64,000 nucleotides of DNA, from NCBI GenBank assembly GCA_008690995.1, contig VRMN01000003.1, forward strand, positions 558,001-622,000. The letters run 5' to 3'. Of the stretch, positions 8,962 through 19,937 are shown one piece after another. The position numbers were made by a program, and so were the translations under genes. Every line of letters begins with the position of its first letter. Positions within the stretch are counted from its first letter, which is position 1. The stretch comes from Porphyridium purpureum. Its lineage: Eukaryota. The notes below the pieces were generated by a model that saw nothing but the letters and a program-made list of their open reading frames with translations, made no database searches and was not told the DNA's origin.

Positions 8962-11133
8962 CTACCTCCTTCCCGTACGAATTGAGGAGCCCAGCGCCTC
9001 GCGCAGCACGCGTGAATGAGCGGCTGCCATGGCTTCGTGGTCGACCGCAAGCTCGGTCTCCAAACCGCTGGAAGGATCAAGCACGCGCAGGCTCCGACCG
9101 CGCCCCAAAGAGATGGGCAAAGGCTGCGGTGCGCTGTCCTGTCTCTGCATTGGAGTCGGCTTCTGTTCCTGATCTTTGGCCACCGCACGAGTGATCTGCT
9201 CAAGGAGCTGGCCTGCTTGAGTTCGAGCACGTTGCACGGTCGCAAAAGGCGACTCTGCGGGCATCGTGGCCAGAATGCGCTGACAGGCATCAGCAACGTC
9301 CAACGGCTCCACACTGATATCGCACGGAAGTTCAGCAAGTGCAGTTTCAAGGCTCTTCAAACTGACCTCTAGAGCGCTCACGTCCAGCGACAGAGTAGTC
9401 TTCTCGTCCCGCTGCTGCGTCCGGAGTGCAACGGACAGGCGCTGCAAGCCCAGCAGAATTTGCGTCTTAAATTTACCATGCAGCATGAGCGGGAACATGC
9501 TCGTGCTCCCAAGAAGGGCCTGTTGCACCCACGCAACAGAGTCCACGCATGTTCCGAGCACCAAGTAACCGCCCTTCCAGAGACCACAATCTCGACTCAC
9601 GAGATTGTTCACCACCGCGCAGAGCCCAAATAGTTGCATAACCTGGACGCACTGCGCAGAATCCAGCATGCTACCATGAGTCACGTAGACGGCTTTGTCA
9701 TTTTGCCAGCGCCGATCCACATCTTGTCCACTCTGAAATCCCGTGAAACCCTCTGTGCCTTGGTAGGCTTGGATGGCACACTTGAGCTGGACATACTTGC
9801 CACGTACTCGAAACTCGACACAGGTATGAGGTAGCAATACTACAATTTCATCGCCCGGTGGCCCATCAAGCGGTTGAATCCCCGTGCGGAACGGCATTCC
9901 TACACCCACATGCATGAAAGGCGAAGAATCGCAAGTACTTGCGAGCTCAGATTCTTGCTTCTTCACGCAAAACGATAAACCGAACGACGTCACATCAGAA
10001 CAAAATCGCGTGGTCACTTCATGGCCGGTTTCCTGAAGGGCTTTGACAAGCGAGCCGACGTCATAAACAGGCTTTCCTTCGACCAAAACAGCAAATAGCT
10101 TGCGACATGAAGGTACCAGACCCGCTTCAATTGGTACGTTGAGCGCCAGTCGGTTCAAAATGCAAGAAAAGATGCGGCTGCGCGCATGCTCAGCCGGGGA
10201 TTCTAAATACTTTAAGTGTCCATCACCAAAGTACAAGTCCGGGAGAAGCTCCAGATCGACAGGTGTCGGTTCAGGTACCCTTCGTGCGGCTTGCTGCTCT
10301 TCGTCTGAGAGTTCCTGATTCTTGAGCAGGTCACAAATCTCCCCCATCTTTTCGAGATCGAAAGGATTCGGGAGATCAAATCCAAGCGCTCCATCTGCCA
10401 TCAGCGTTAGTGCGTCCATACTATCCGACGGGGCTGAATTTGCCGCTGAAAGTTCGTCACTTGCAAGCTCTACATTCATCCCGGCTGCCGCATCCACAGA
10501 GGTAGGTGCGCCTTCCCCTGGCTTGGGCAAGCGGTCTGCTTGCGCTTCGCCAGAATCAAGAACTTGCTGGGCCACTCGGCGACTGTTGTAAGCCAGCGTA
10601 AGTTCAACAGCCGACACTATGTTTGCGGCGCTCGGAATCAGGCTGAGCACTGTTTTGAGACGCACCAAACCGACGTTGAAGGTAGATGGAAGAAGCCCGA
10701 TGATTGGAATTAATACGGTACCTCCCATTCGACTCAGAACGGTAGCTAGAATGCGCGACTCGACGTGCTCCTGATTGCCACGTACCTCGAGGCTGTTGAG
10801 ATAGTCATCCAAACCAATCAATTGCACAGCGTCTCTGCATCTCGCACGTGCCTGCTTCTGCAGGATTGTCAAGTGCTCCAACGCGTCTGCGCTCGATGCG
10901 GATTCAGGCTCTGCAGCATCTTGCTGGGTGATCGCAACGATAGGCTTTCTATCAACACACGAAATGAGAATCGTACTCTTCGCTTTCATCAGTCGCGTTG
11001 CGTACCACACTGCAAGACACAAGGCCCCCAGCGCGCACGCTAATCCGAAACTCGCCAGTACGAAAACTACTGCACTGACCGCCACGTGCTCTTTCCAGTG
11101 CGTCAAGGGATCCTGCAGCACTTGTTCAGCCAT
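8962..11133 (-). CDS. Hypothetical 723-aa protein with N-terminal TM helix
   Basis: Long ORF with globular composition; N-terminal hydrophobic segment; no family recognised. Confidence 0.75.
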   Translation of the reverse strand: MAEQVLQDPLTHWKEHVAVSAVVFVLASFGLACALGALCLAVWYATRLMKAKSTILISCVDRKPIVAITQQDAAEPESASSADALEHLTILQKQARARCRDAVQLIGLDDYLNSLEVRGNQEHVESRILATVLSRMGGTVLIPIIGLLPSTFNVGLVRLKTVLSLIPSAANIVSAVELTLAYNSRRVAQQVLDSGEAQADRLPKPGEGAPTSVDAAAGMNVELASDELSAANSAPSDSMDALTLMADGALGFDLPNPFDLEKMGEICDLLKNQELSDEEQQAARRVPEPTPVDLELLPDLYFGDGHLKYLESPAEHARSRIFSCILNRLALNVPIEAGLVPSCRKLFAVLVEGKPVYDVGSLVKALQETGHEVTTRFCSDVTSFGLSFCVKKQESELASTCDSSPFMHVGVGMPFRTGIQPLDGPPGDEIVVLLPHTCVEFRVRGKYVQLKCAIQAYQGTEGFTGFQSGQDVDRRWQNDKAVYVTHGSMLDSAQCVQVMQLFGLCAVVNNLVSRDCGLWKGGYLVLGTCVDSVAWVQQALLGSTSMFPLMLHGKFKTQILLGLQRLSVALRTQQRDEKTTLSLDVSALEVSLKSLETALAELPCDISVEPLDVADACQRILATMPAESPFATVQRARTQAGQLLEQITRAVAKDQEQKPTPMQRQDSAPQPLPISLGRGRSLRVLDPSSGLETELAVDHEAMAAAHSRVLREALGSSIRTGRR

Positions 11134-12148
11134 GTTTGGCCCTCCTCACGTAGAGCCCGTGGCCTTCTTATCGCCGCGCGTCGTCTACGTTGTGACGGGT
11201 GCTCTTCGTGGCATAGGCGCCGAGCTCGTACGCCAGCTTGCCGGTGCTTGTCTCAGCCCTGTGGTGATTGTAGCTGGTGGGCGATGCGTGGAAAAGGGTA
11301 AGCAGTTGCAGGAAAGATGCAGAAGCCAGTCTCAAAATGCACAGGTTGTATTCGTGCCGCTGGAGCTCCGTGAGCCGGCATGTGTGGCTGCTTTCGTTGA
11401 CCGCGTGCTGGCTGACTTTGGCGTGCCAGACGTGCTTGTCAATAATGCAGGCCTTTGCCTTGACGCGCCGAGCATGGACGCATTGGAGCAGTGCGTGCGT
11501 GTGAACGCAGACGCGCCGTCTGAGCTCATAGAGGCGTTCTTGCCGCTCATGCTCCGCCGTGGAAGCGGCAGGGTCGTGAACATTTCAAGCGGTGATGGCG
11601 AAATCGCGTACTTCGCAAGTGACGCGTTGTCGGTGCTTACAGTGCCTCGAAAGATGAGTTCAAGTGAGTCGTACGCTGGGCCAGAGCTCGACGTGCGCCA
11701 GCTGTACGAGCAAGCAAGGCGTTTCTTTTTCGACTCGGCTCGACGACATGGAGGTGATGTGAGCGCCGAGCTTGTGCATGGTACGCAGCCATGCTACAAA
11801 GTCTCCAAGGCGCTGTTGAATTTGTTTTCTCGTGCTCTTATCTACGAACTCGAAGCAAGAAGGTCAAGCAGTGTCGCGAAAGCGAAGGACAGCGCCACGT
11901 CGAGTCCAGGCGAGCTGGCGGCGGCGGAAGGCCTTGAAAGAATTCAGATATACTGCGTGTGCCCCGGTGACGTGGACACGGACATGGCCAATGACGTGGA
12001 CCAACTCCTGGATGCCGGGTCCAGTCTCCTGTCGTGCGCAGAAAGTGTGTCGCGGTTTCTCGAGCTAGTGCTCGTGCCGCCCGCGCAATCTTGCAAGCCA
12101 CCACCACCCTGCGGCTTCTATCGCGATGGGAAGCGCATTGCGTGGTAA
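11132..12148 (+). CDS. Short-chain dehydrogenase/reductase (carbonyl reductase-like)
   Basis: VVTGALRGIG, LVNNAG, VVNISS, YKVSK catalytic motif, CPGDVDTDM. Confidence 0.9.
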   Translation: MFGPPHVEPVAFLSPRVVYVVTGALRGIGAELVRQLAGACLSPVVIVAGGRCVEKGKQLQERCRSQSQNAQVVFVPLELREPACVAAFVDRVLADFGVPDVLVNNAGLCLDAPSMDALEQCVRVNADAPSELIEAFLPLMLRRGSGRVVNISSGDGEIAYFASDALSVLTVPRKMSSSESYAGPELDVRQLYEQARRFFFDSARRHGGDVSAELVHGTQPCYKVSKALLNLFSRALIYELEARRSSSVAKAKDSATSSPGELAAAEGLERIQIYCVCPGDVDTDMANDVDQLLDAGSSLLSCAESVSRFLELVLVPPAQSCKPPPPCGFYRDGKRIAW

Positions 12149-12372
12149 TTCTGCATTCCATTCCAATGCGGCAGCAGGCGCGCGCCCGTTGGAATGCGTC
12201 GTGAGGTGTACCCACAAGTACAGCTCGTTGACGCAAGCAAGTGAACGCCGTGCTGGCAGCTGCGTTGGGGAAAGGTGCCAAGGCGCTTCGAGCTGAGGTG
12301 AAGGCCACTCTCGAGAAGTCGCGCGGAAGGAGGAGGAAGAACAGGGACAACACGGCAGAGGGCTCTAGCAGC

Positions 12373-13731
12373 ATGATGGACAACGCAGGCGAGAGCGCAG
12401 GTGGATCTGGAGGAGGCGCTGCCGCGGGAAGTACCGCGGGGGCGCCCGTGGGGCCCGCGGCTGCTGCGCCCATCGAAGTAGCGCCAGAAGTGCTGGCGGC
12501 GTCCGCAGACGAGATTTTGCAGCGCGCGCGGTTACTCGAGACAGAGGTGAAGGTGTACAAGACGGAAGCACAGCGGCTGGTGCACGAGAAGAGCCGCATG
12601 ACTGAGCGTATCAAGGAGAATGCGGACAAGGTCAAGATGCACAAACAGTTACCGTACCTTGTAAGCAACATTGTGGAGTTGCTGGACGTCGAGAAGGACG
12701 AGGACGAGGACGGCAATGACGAGCATGGTCCACCCTCTCACGCGCAGGACGCGTCCTCCAACTCAAAGAAGGCAGTGGTTATTAAGACAAGCACGCGACA
12801 GACGATCTACCTGCCTGTGATTGGGCTCGTTGATCGCGACAAGTTGAAGCCTGGCGATTTGGTGGGCGTAAACAAAGATTCGTACCTTATTCTTGAGGAT
12901 CTGCCGGCGGAGTACGACTCGCGAGTTAAAGCCATGGAAGTTGATGAGAAACCGACGGAAGACTATGGAGACATCGGAGGTCTGGACAAACAAATTCAGG
13001 AGCTCATCGAGGCAGTTGTGCTCCCAATGACTCATGCGGAACGCTTTGAAAATATTGGAATCAAGCCGCCCAAGGGCGTGCTGATGTACGGCCCACCGGG
13101 CGTGGGCAAAACGCTTCTTGCGCGCGCGTGCGCGGCGCAGACGAACGCCACATTTTTGAAGCTCGCGGGCCCGCAGCTAGTACAAATGTTCATTGGAGAC
13201 GGCGCAAAGCTGGTTCGCGACGCATTTGAGCTTGCCAAGGAAAAGGCACCGACAATCATCTTTATTGACGAACTGGATGCTGTGGGCACCAAACGCTTTG
13301 ACTCCGAGCTGAGCGGTGATCGTGAGGTACAGCGAACCATGCTTGAGCTTCTGAATCAGTTGGATGGATTTAGCAGCGACGACAGGATTAAGGTTATTGC
13401 CGCGACGAACCGCGTAGATATCTTGGATCCGGCTCTGTTGCGCAGCGGCCGCATTGATCGCAAAATCGAATTCCCGCATCCTGATGAAAATGCTCGAGCT
13501 CGTATCCTGCAAATTCACTCCCGAAAGATGAGTACGGACCCGGAGATCAACTTTGCCGAGCTCGCAGCAAGCACAGAAGACTTCAATGGCGCGATGCTCA
13601 AGGCCGTGTGCGTTGAAGCCGGGATGCTTGCACTTCGCGCGAATCGGAGCCAAATCGTGCACGAAGACTTTGTTGAGGGTGTTATGCAAGTGCAGGCCAA
13701 GAAGAAAAAGTCGCTGGATTACATGGCGTGA
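12373..13731 (+). CDS. RPT5: 26S proteasome AAA-ATPase subunit RPT5 (6A/TBP1)
   Basis: [78 protein letters not shown]. Confidence 0.97.
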   Translation: MMDNAGESAGGSGGGAAAGSTAGAPVGPAAAAPIEVAPEVLAASADEILQRARLLETEVKVYKTEAQRLVHEKSRMTERIKENADKVKMHKQLPYLVSNIVELLDVEKDEDEDGNDEHGPPSHAQDASSNSKKAVVIKTSTRQTIYLPVIGLVDRDKLKPGDLVGVNKDSYLILEDLPAEYDSRVKAMEVDEKPTEDYGDIGGLDKQIQELIEAVVLPMTHAERFENIGIKPPKGVLMYGPPGVGKTLLARACAAQTNATFLKLAGPQLVQMFIGDGAKLVRDAFELAKEKAPTIIFIDELDAVGTKRFDSELSGDREVQRTMLELLNQLDGFSSDDRIKVIAATNRVDILDPALLRSGRIDRKIEFPHPDENARARILQIHSRKMSTDPEINFAELAASTEDFNGAMLKAVCVEAGMLALRANRSQIVHEDFVEGVMQVQAKKKKSLDYMA

Positions 13732-13827
13732 GCGGAGCACTCTGTATCCAGAATGTGTATTAAACATACTCGTACCGCGTCATGTGAGTCGAATCCGCCT
13801 GTCCCGTCTGGCCGAGCCGATGAGCCA

Positions 13828-14892
13828 TCAGATAGCCAGTGTCCTGCTTTCCACCATCTTGGTCGCAATGTATTCGGCCCACCTTTCGTAGCCCGCACTG
13901 TTGGGATGAATTCCATCCATTTTGCTGTAGTACTTGACGTGCTCATCGCGGTCCATATCCTGATAATTTTCAAGCCCAGCCTCGATGTACGTTACGTTTT
14001 TCATAGTCCGGGAGACGTCTCGCTTCTCGTCGTCCCAGATCCGCGAGACGTACGATAAAACCTTGCGCAAAATAAAGGGAAAGCGCGGAGCAAAGTATAC
14101 ACCTGCCTGGACTGCAGGGAGGAAAATGTGTACATCATGCAAGCCCAATTTTGCGCGCACGCCGCATATTAAGCTTTCGAGTCCCTTTCCAAATTCGGCC
14201 GGGTCAATGCGCTTTTTCTCCCAAAACCGCCACGCGCGCTTCCAGTCATTTACACCACACACAATCACGACAGCGCAGACACGTTGTCGCACAGATGCCG
14301 ACAGCTCGTCCAAACAAGGCAAAATGTGCTCCTCAAGCTCCCTGACACCGCCACCCGTTAGGCCCAGAGCGTGCCACTGAAGTGGCTCGTGAAGCTGCTC
14401 CGCAAGTGACTTCGCGAGGCCTCGGGCCAGTGCCGGCCCTTCACATGCCTGCTTCAGCGCCTCGTCATCACAGCAGCAGCCCACTCCTGTCACCAGCGAG
14501 TCACCGATTAGAAGCACCACACGGTCGGTAGGGTGCTGCGTCCACGTCCGGTCTGTATCTGACGCCGAACGGAACACAGCTGATGCTGAGCTGTGGTGAT
14601 GGGGATTCATTGCCACCAGACGAGAGCGCGCCTCGCTCAACAAGCCTTCCATGCGTTGTCGGGTGGAACGCTGCAGCTCCTGTGTGCGCATCCGGAAGTC
14701 ATGAATGTCCTGTGCCTTGAGCATCTCCAGCTTTTCGACAAAAAGATGTGCGCGCTCGCCGAGCGCTGTGCCCACGCGCGGGCCCTCGCACTCCGGCGGC
14801 GACTCGTATGTGTACTGCAGGTAGGCCGCCTGGCCTATTGCCACAAGGCCGAGTGCGGCGCCTGATGCGAGCAGAACTTTCCGTAGCCGCAT
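13828..14892 (-). CDS. SGNH/GDSL hydrolase with N-terminal membrane anchor
   Basis: LIGDSLVTGVG block I, CGVND block III, DGIHPNSAGY block V. Confidence 0.88.
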   Translation of the reverse strand: MRLRKVLLASGAALGLVAIGQAAYLQYTYESPPECEGPRVGTALGERAHLFVEKLEMLKAQDIHDFRMRTQELQRSTRQRMEGLLSEARSRLVAMNPHHHSSASAVFRSASDTDRTWTQHPTDRVVLLIGDSLVTGVGCCCDDEALKQACEGPALARGLAKSLAEQLHEPLQWHALGLTGGGVRELEEHILPCLDELSASVRQRVCAVVIVCGVNDWKRAWRFWEKKRIDPAEFGKGLESLICGVRAKLGLHDVHIFLPAVQAGVYFAPRFPFILRKVLSYVSRIWDDEKRDVSRTMKNVTYIEAGLENYQDMDRDEHVKYYSKMDGIHPNSAGYERWAEYIATKMVESRTLAI

Positions 14893-16229
14893 CGCCAGTC
14901 GTTCACAGTCCACTGCCCGGGCCGGCAGCCACACCGTGAGACACTAAACCAGCGCCCGCAATCATTGCTGGGGTCGCCCGCACGGCGCATGGAATCGGAT
15001 CCCTCTCCCACATCAGTCGCAAATTTACAGATAACTGTACACCCTGCCTCGGTGTACAGTCTTTGGCTGACCTCCCACTCACGTAGCGGCAAAAGAGTCC
15101 ACTTCGAAGGCGGATGCGCGCATTCGGACTGGTGTGAAGCCGACCCGAAATCCACGACCGTGACTTTGATTGCTCATGCAGTGGCAGGTGGCATGTTTCT
15201 GTTGTGCGCGACTCTTCACATCGCTGGGAATAACACAGTCGGCCTTGGCAGAGCGTTCTTCCGCTCAATTTCTTGTGGTCCAATAAAGATTTTCCCGGTG
15301 GCGTGGACTGGACCCACCGTCAGAGGTTCGTCTGCTGCGGGAGGCTGCGCGCCATCGCCAAGCACTCGCAGAGTCAAGTTCATGCTAGTAAGCGAAAGGG
15401 CTTGGTTCTTTCCGTGTGGATGGCCTAACGGAAGGCGCGCAATCATGTTCGTCTCTACTGCGCAAGTCGCGTCTGTGAATACGTGTGGAGGAATGGCGAC
15501 AAAAGGCAGAATCTGCGGAATCACGTCAAAGCCGGATGTAGCGAGGGAAAATGAAGTCCTCGGGAGACTGGACCTCTGATTTCGCGTGAGCTGTGATGCG
15601 AGCACCGCGCTCGACCCAGTGTGCTTCGTACAAGCACTGGCTCGCCACCCAGGCGCGATGAGCTGTTGGCGCCCAGGTTACGAGACGCGGGTTTTGGGCA
15701 GTTGATTGCGAAGACACACAGCCGCTCAACAACGAGCCTGGCGTTAGGCCTGAAGGTCATGTGGAATGAAGGACTTGGCGTGGGGCACTACAGAGCGCAG
15801 TTGGAAAGCCTCCGCATACAGCTCGGGTGGATTAAATGTGCAGGCTCGTGTAACGCACAAAGCACTCGTCATAATTGGCACGTTTGTGCCGAGTACCGTG
15901 CTGACTCGTGCCTCGCAGTCAATCTTGCACCGAAGCAGTGGGGGTCGAGAAGCAATGGAAAAGAGATGCAAACGACCAGTTCACTTTTTCCCCAGAGGAG
16001 CGACTTGTCTAGCAAGTCGACATGCCAGTGCACGACGCCAAATACTGGCGTGCAGCACTACACGTAAACTCCTCGGTGCTTCAATGTGCTGTTCCTGTAA
16101 AGACAATTGAAACAACAGCCATGATTCCCAGGCTGTCTTTGGCAAACTTGGCATGCGAGGCAATCAGCAAGAGCCAACGCAGACCACGTGAGGTATACCT
16201 AGGCGCTGCACGCTTTTTCTTGTTGTTTT

Positions 16230-17870
16230 CTATGATTTTGACACATTCCGGCTCTCCAGTTCCGCCTGTGCAGCTTCGGCAAAGTGCGCAAGTAATTTTG
16301 CGCCAAAACTCGTCGGCACATTAGCCTTGAAATCCCACGCCGAAGGTGCGATATCAAGGTGTGCCCATTTTCGACCCTTCTGGACAAATTTTTCCAAAAA
16401 CAGCGCCGCGTTCATAATTCCTCCGGCTCGCTGCCCCGTATGCTTCACGTCAGCAATATCACTTTTCAACACCTCGGCATACTCGCGGTCAAGCGGCATT
16501 TCCCACACAAAGTCGCCCGTGCTTTGTCCGGCACTGTAGAGTAGCTTGATGAGCCCTTGATCATTGCTGAGCATTGCAGCATATTTTGGCCCCATCGCGA
16601 TGACAGCAGCGCCGGTCAGCGTTGCAATATCTACCACGTAGTCTGGGTTCAATCGATCTGCAAACGCCAAGGCGTCGGCCAATGCGAGACGACCTTCGGC
16701 ATCTGTATTTACCACTTCAATGGACATGTTGTTCATCGCCAAAATCACATCGCCTGGCCGATAGCTGTTCCCGTCGACCGCATTCTCGCACGCAGGCAGC
16801 ACAAAATGGATCTCAATATTTTGCAAGGCGCGTTTAGCAATGATGTCAGCAGCACCCAGTACAGCGGACCCACCGCCACAGTCAAACTTCATCAAGTGGA
16901 TCATGCTGTCAGCACCTGTCTTGAGATTCACCCCGCCTGTGTCCATGGTAATCGTCTTGCCCACGAACGCAATCTTTGTCGCACACGTTCCATGGCTATA
17001 CTTGAGATGAATGAAATACGGCGGCATTGCAGATCCTTGCGCGACACTCAAGTACGATCCCATCTTCATCGCTGCACACTGCTCGCGATCGTACACCGTC
17101 AAGTCCAGCGATGCGTGCTTGGCCGCCAGAAGTTCGGCGACTTTTGCAAACTGGAAAGGCGTAGCGACGTTTGGGGGGGCATTGACCAGCTCTTTTGTAA
17201 TGACGGTCCCGCATGCACCTGTCAGCGCCACAGTTAGCGCATCAGCGAAAGTTTCCTTCAACGCCGGCGACGCGGTTTCGGGCACTCCCACCATTACGCT
17301 AAGCACGGGACCGGAGGGCAACGTACCAGAGATCGCTTTCTTTGCCTGAAAGCGTGTGTCCTTGTAACCGCCATGGATGATGCCTTCAAGGAATCCACAA
17401 GCTCCAGACGCAGAGATGGAGCTCGAGCAAAAGATCACATGTGCCGATTTGACCGCTTTGGAATACTTCTTACATGTTCCGACGATCGTTGCACCTGCTT
17501 TGTACATCACTTTGTATGCCGGAGCATCTTCATTTGCGAGTGAGTACACTCCGATGAGCGTCATCCGGCCGTCCTGAGCTCCGGCTTCGTTTTCCACAAG
17601 GGAGGACACCTCCTCGCCTGCCTTCTCTGGATCGATGTTCCGAAGCAAGTACGTAAGGGCCGGTAAATGTGCTTCGCCAGCATGCACTTGCAAGTCTGGG
17701 AACTTTCCCACCAGGAATAGGGCATCGACGGCGCCATCCACGGCCGTTGCAAGCGGCTCTCTGGATACGGTCACGCCCGTCAGGTGAGCGGACGCAGCAG
17801 CATCGCCCACGCTCCACAGGTTCTCCCCCGCCGGACTGAAGTCCTTGAGCAGCTCCAGCGTTAACGACAT
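16230..17870 (-). CDS. LAP: Leucyl aminopeptidase (peptidase M17)
   Basis: VGKTITMDTGG, MKFDCGG, NTDAEGRL, ATLTGA, WAHLDIA. Confidence 0.95.
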   Translation of the reverse strand: MSLTLELLKDFSPAGENLWSVGDAAASAHLTGVTVSREPLATAVDGAVDALFLVGKFPDLQVHAGEAHLPALTYLLRNIDPEKAGEEVSSLVENEAGAQDGRMTLIGVYSLANEDAPAYKVMYKAGATIVGTCKKYSKAVKSAHVIFCSSSISASGACGFLEGIIHGGYKDTRFQAKKAISGTLPSGPVLSVMVGVPETASPALKETFADALTVALTGACGTVITKELVNAPPNVATPFQFAKVAELLAAKHASLDLTVYDREQCAAMKMGSYLSVAQGSAMPPYFIHLKYSHGTCATKIAFVGKTITMDTGGVNLKTGADSMIHLMKFDCGGGSAVLGAADIIAKRALQNIEIHFVLPACENAVDGNSYRPGDVILAMNNMSIEVVNTDAEGRLALADALAFADRLNPDYVVDIATLTGAAVIAMGPKYAAMLSNDQGLIKLLYSAGQSTGDFVWEMPLDREYAEVLKSDIADVKHTGQRAGGIMNAALFLEKFVQKGRKWAHLDIAPSAWDFKANVPTSFGAKLLAHFAEAAQAELESRNVSKS

Positions 17871-18080
17871 GATGAGTCGTTTGAAGGGAGATCGGCCAAG
17901 TTCTACGGAGGCCGCGAGTCCCGCTCCCTCGCAACGACTGCCGAGGGAGCGCCGCGATGTTGTGTGTCTGCGCATGCTGTACAGTGCGCGTCACACTACT
18001 CGACGTCGAAGTGGGAAGACGCGGGTACAGCGGTACACTAGGAATTGAAGGTCAGCAACCTCTCGGACAAGTGAGCCGCC

Positions 18081-19286
18081 ATGGTTGACGAGAGGATGGA
18101 GACAAGGCTGACGGCGTTTCTGGCGAAAGCTGGCACAGTCATGACTGCAGTCGGACGTGGACCACCCGGAAAGGAGCGCCTTGGCCCGGCAGAGAGGAAT
18201 AGCCGTGTTGGTGTGGCACGCGGGCGATGCCGCAAGTTTGGCGCCCTGTTGAGTACCTTCCAGGTCGCGCCGTTCCGGCCGCCACCCATGATCAGAAATC
18301 ACCACGCGCAAACGATTCTCGGAGTCCTGTTTCCGCGGGTGCAGCCAGTTGGGTACCAGAGGAAGATATTGGAAACGCCGTGCGGCGACCAACTTCGGCT
18401 GGACGTGCTCGAACCCACCGTCCCAGTGGAAGATGAGGCGATGACCGTTGTGTTTGCGCATGGGCTGGAAAGCAACTCCCGCACCGTCCAGTCTTTTCGT
18501 ATTGTACGCGCCTTTGCCGACCGCGGCTTCAGAGTGTACGCGATGAACCATCGTGGATGTGGACTCGACAAACCTGAGGACCATGCACATTTCCTCAAGG
18601 AGTATCATCTCGGATTCACTGACGATTTGGAACTGGTCGTCAAGCATGTCAAAAGTCAGCACCCGAACACCAGGATCCTTCTGTCTGGCTTCAGTCTCGG
18701 GGGCAATATGGTGTGCAAGTTTCTCGGTGAGATTGGCGAGCGTGCGTCTGAACTTGGCATCATAGGCGCTGCAGTGACCAGTGTTCCCTTTGACCTTCCC
18801 AACAACCAGGCAAAGGTCAATCGGCCTTTCACAAAGCATGTCTACATGGCTCGATTTTTAAAAAGCCTGAAGACACGAGCTTTGGCGAAGAGGAGGCATT
18901 TTGAAAGCAAAGGCGTGGTTGACTTTGACAAGATTGAACAGGCGCGAACCGTTGGTGAATTTGATGAAGCTTACATTGCCAAGGTGTATGGATTTGACTG
19001 TCGGCATGACTACTACAAACGTGCAGATTCGAAGCCGTACTTGAAAAGAATTCGAGTACCAACCTTTGTTCTGCAAGCAGTCGATGACCCATTCATTGAG
19101 ATTACGTCCATTCCCGCGGATGAGGACTTGGAAGAAGCCCCCGTCCTTATCCATGTGACCTCAGGCGGTGGGCACTGCGGTTTTGTGGACCGCTTTTCCG
19201 GGCCTGGCTACATGGCGACCGAACTAGCGAGGTGGCTGTCGCATGTACGGGATGGACTTCAGGAAAGCGGAGATAAACAAGCATGA
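18081..19286 (+). CDS. Alpha/beta hydrolase, YheT/ABHD1-3 family
   Basis: NHHAQTI, HGLES, NHRGCG, GFSLGGN nucleophile elbow, DDPF, GGHCGF. Confidence 0.92.
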   Translation: MVDERMETRLTAFLAKAGTVMTAVGRGPPGKERLGPAERNSRVGVARGRCRKFGALLSTFQVAPFRPPPMIRNHHAQTILGVLFPRVQPVGYQRKILETPCGDQLRLDVLEPTVPVEDEAMTVVFAHGLESNSRTVQSFRIVRAFADRGFRVYAMNHRGCGLDKPEDHAHFLKEYHLGFTDDLELVVKHVKSQHPNTRILLSGFSLGGNMVCKFLGEIGERASELGIIGAAVTSVPFDLPNNQAKVNRPFTKHVYMARFLKSLKTRALAKRRHFESKGVVDFDKIEQARTVGEFDEAYIAKVYGFDCRHDYYKRADSKPYLKRIRVPTFVLQAVDDPFIEITSIPADEDLEEAPVLIHVTSGGGHCGFVDRFSGPGYMATELARWLSHVRDGLQESGDKQA

Positions 19287-19409
19287 AGTTGTTCTTGAAT
19301 ACTACTTTTTTTCGTAGGACGAATACCAAGAATGTGTTTCGCCCGCAATTTTGGATTCTAACCCTTTTGAGCGCAGAGGGACAAGGAAGACACACACAGG
19401 ACGTGATGG

Positions 19410-19937
19410 CTAGAAAGTCACATCGTTCTCTACGTGACAGCCTTCGCCCTGCACCGCAAATGCGCGGTTCTCGCCCTGCTCCCACGCCGTCTCGCCCGCG
19501 AGTGACCTTTTCAGAAACTTGAACTCGATTACACCATGGAAGTCACAGTGCATCTGAATCTGGCACACGAAGGTTCCTCGGCGCGCGCCCCGCTCCAGCT
19601 TGACAGCAAGCTCTGGATTCCAGCTCCCGAGCTCCTCGCAACCACCGACCACAAACAATTGAGACTCGTCGTCCACGTTCTGCACGGACAATACTTCGAA
19701 CTCGACTGCTTGCAGGGGGAGCACGTCCTCGACGGCCACTGTGCTCTCCTCCTCGTCGCCCAGCGTGCTGCCAATGATCGAGTCTGTGGCCAGCACGTCC
19801 TTCTCAGCCTCCACCGCCGACTTCTTCATGTCGCCGCTCTTGCTGCGTGACAGCGAGCGCACCAGCGAGGCCGTGGCGGCCACAGCCGCGCCCGCGACCA
19901 CGCCCGCCAGCACCTTCTGGCTGCTTTCCCGCTCCAT
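19410..19937 (-). CDS. CBM20 starch-binding domain protein with N-terminal hydrophobic anchor
   Basis: LFVVGGCEELGSWNPELAVKL, IEFKFL, WEQGENR; N-terminal VLAGVVAGAAVAATASLV. Confidence 0.88.
   Translation of the reverse strand: MERESSQKVLAGVVAGAAVAATASLVRSLSRSKSGDMKKSAVEAEKDVLATDSIIGSTLGDEEESTVAVEDVLPLQAVEFEVLSVQNVDDESQLFVVGGCEELGSWNPELAVKLERGARRGTFVCQIQMHCDFHGVIEFKFLKRSLAGETAWEQGENRAFAVQGEGCHVENDVTF

Noticed and set aside
10928..11131. N-terminal extension of the SDR ORF from a GTG start
   Set aside because: Non-ATG start, antisense to the neighbouring gene; eukaryotic ATG starts were preferred throughout
19690..19710. AIM/LIR-like FEVL in the CBM20 protein
   Set aside because: It corresponds to the first beta-strand of the CBM20 fold
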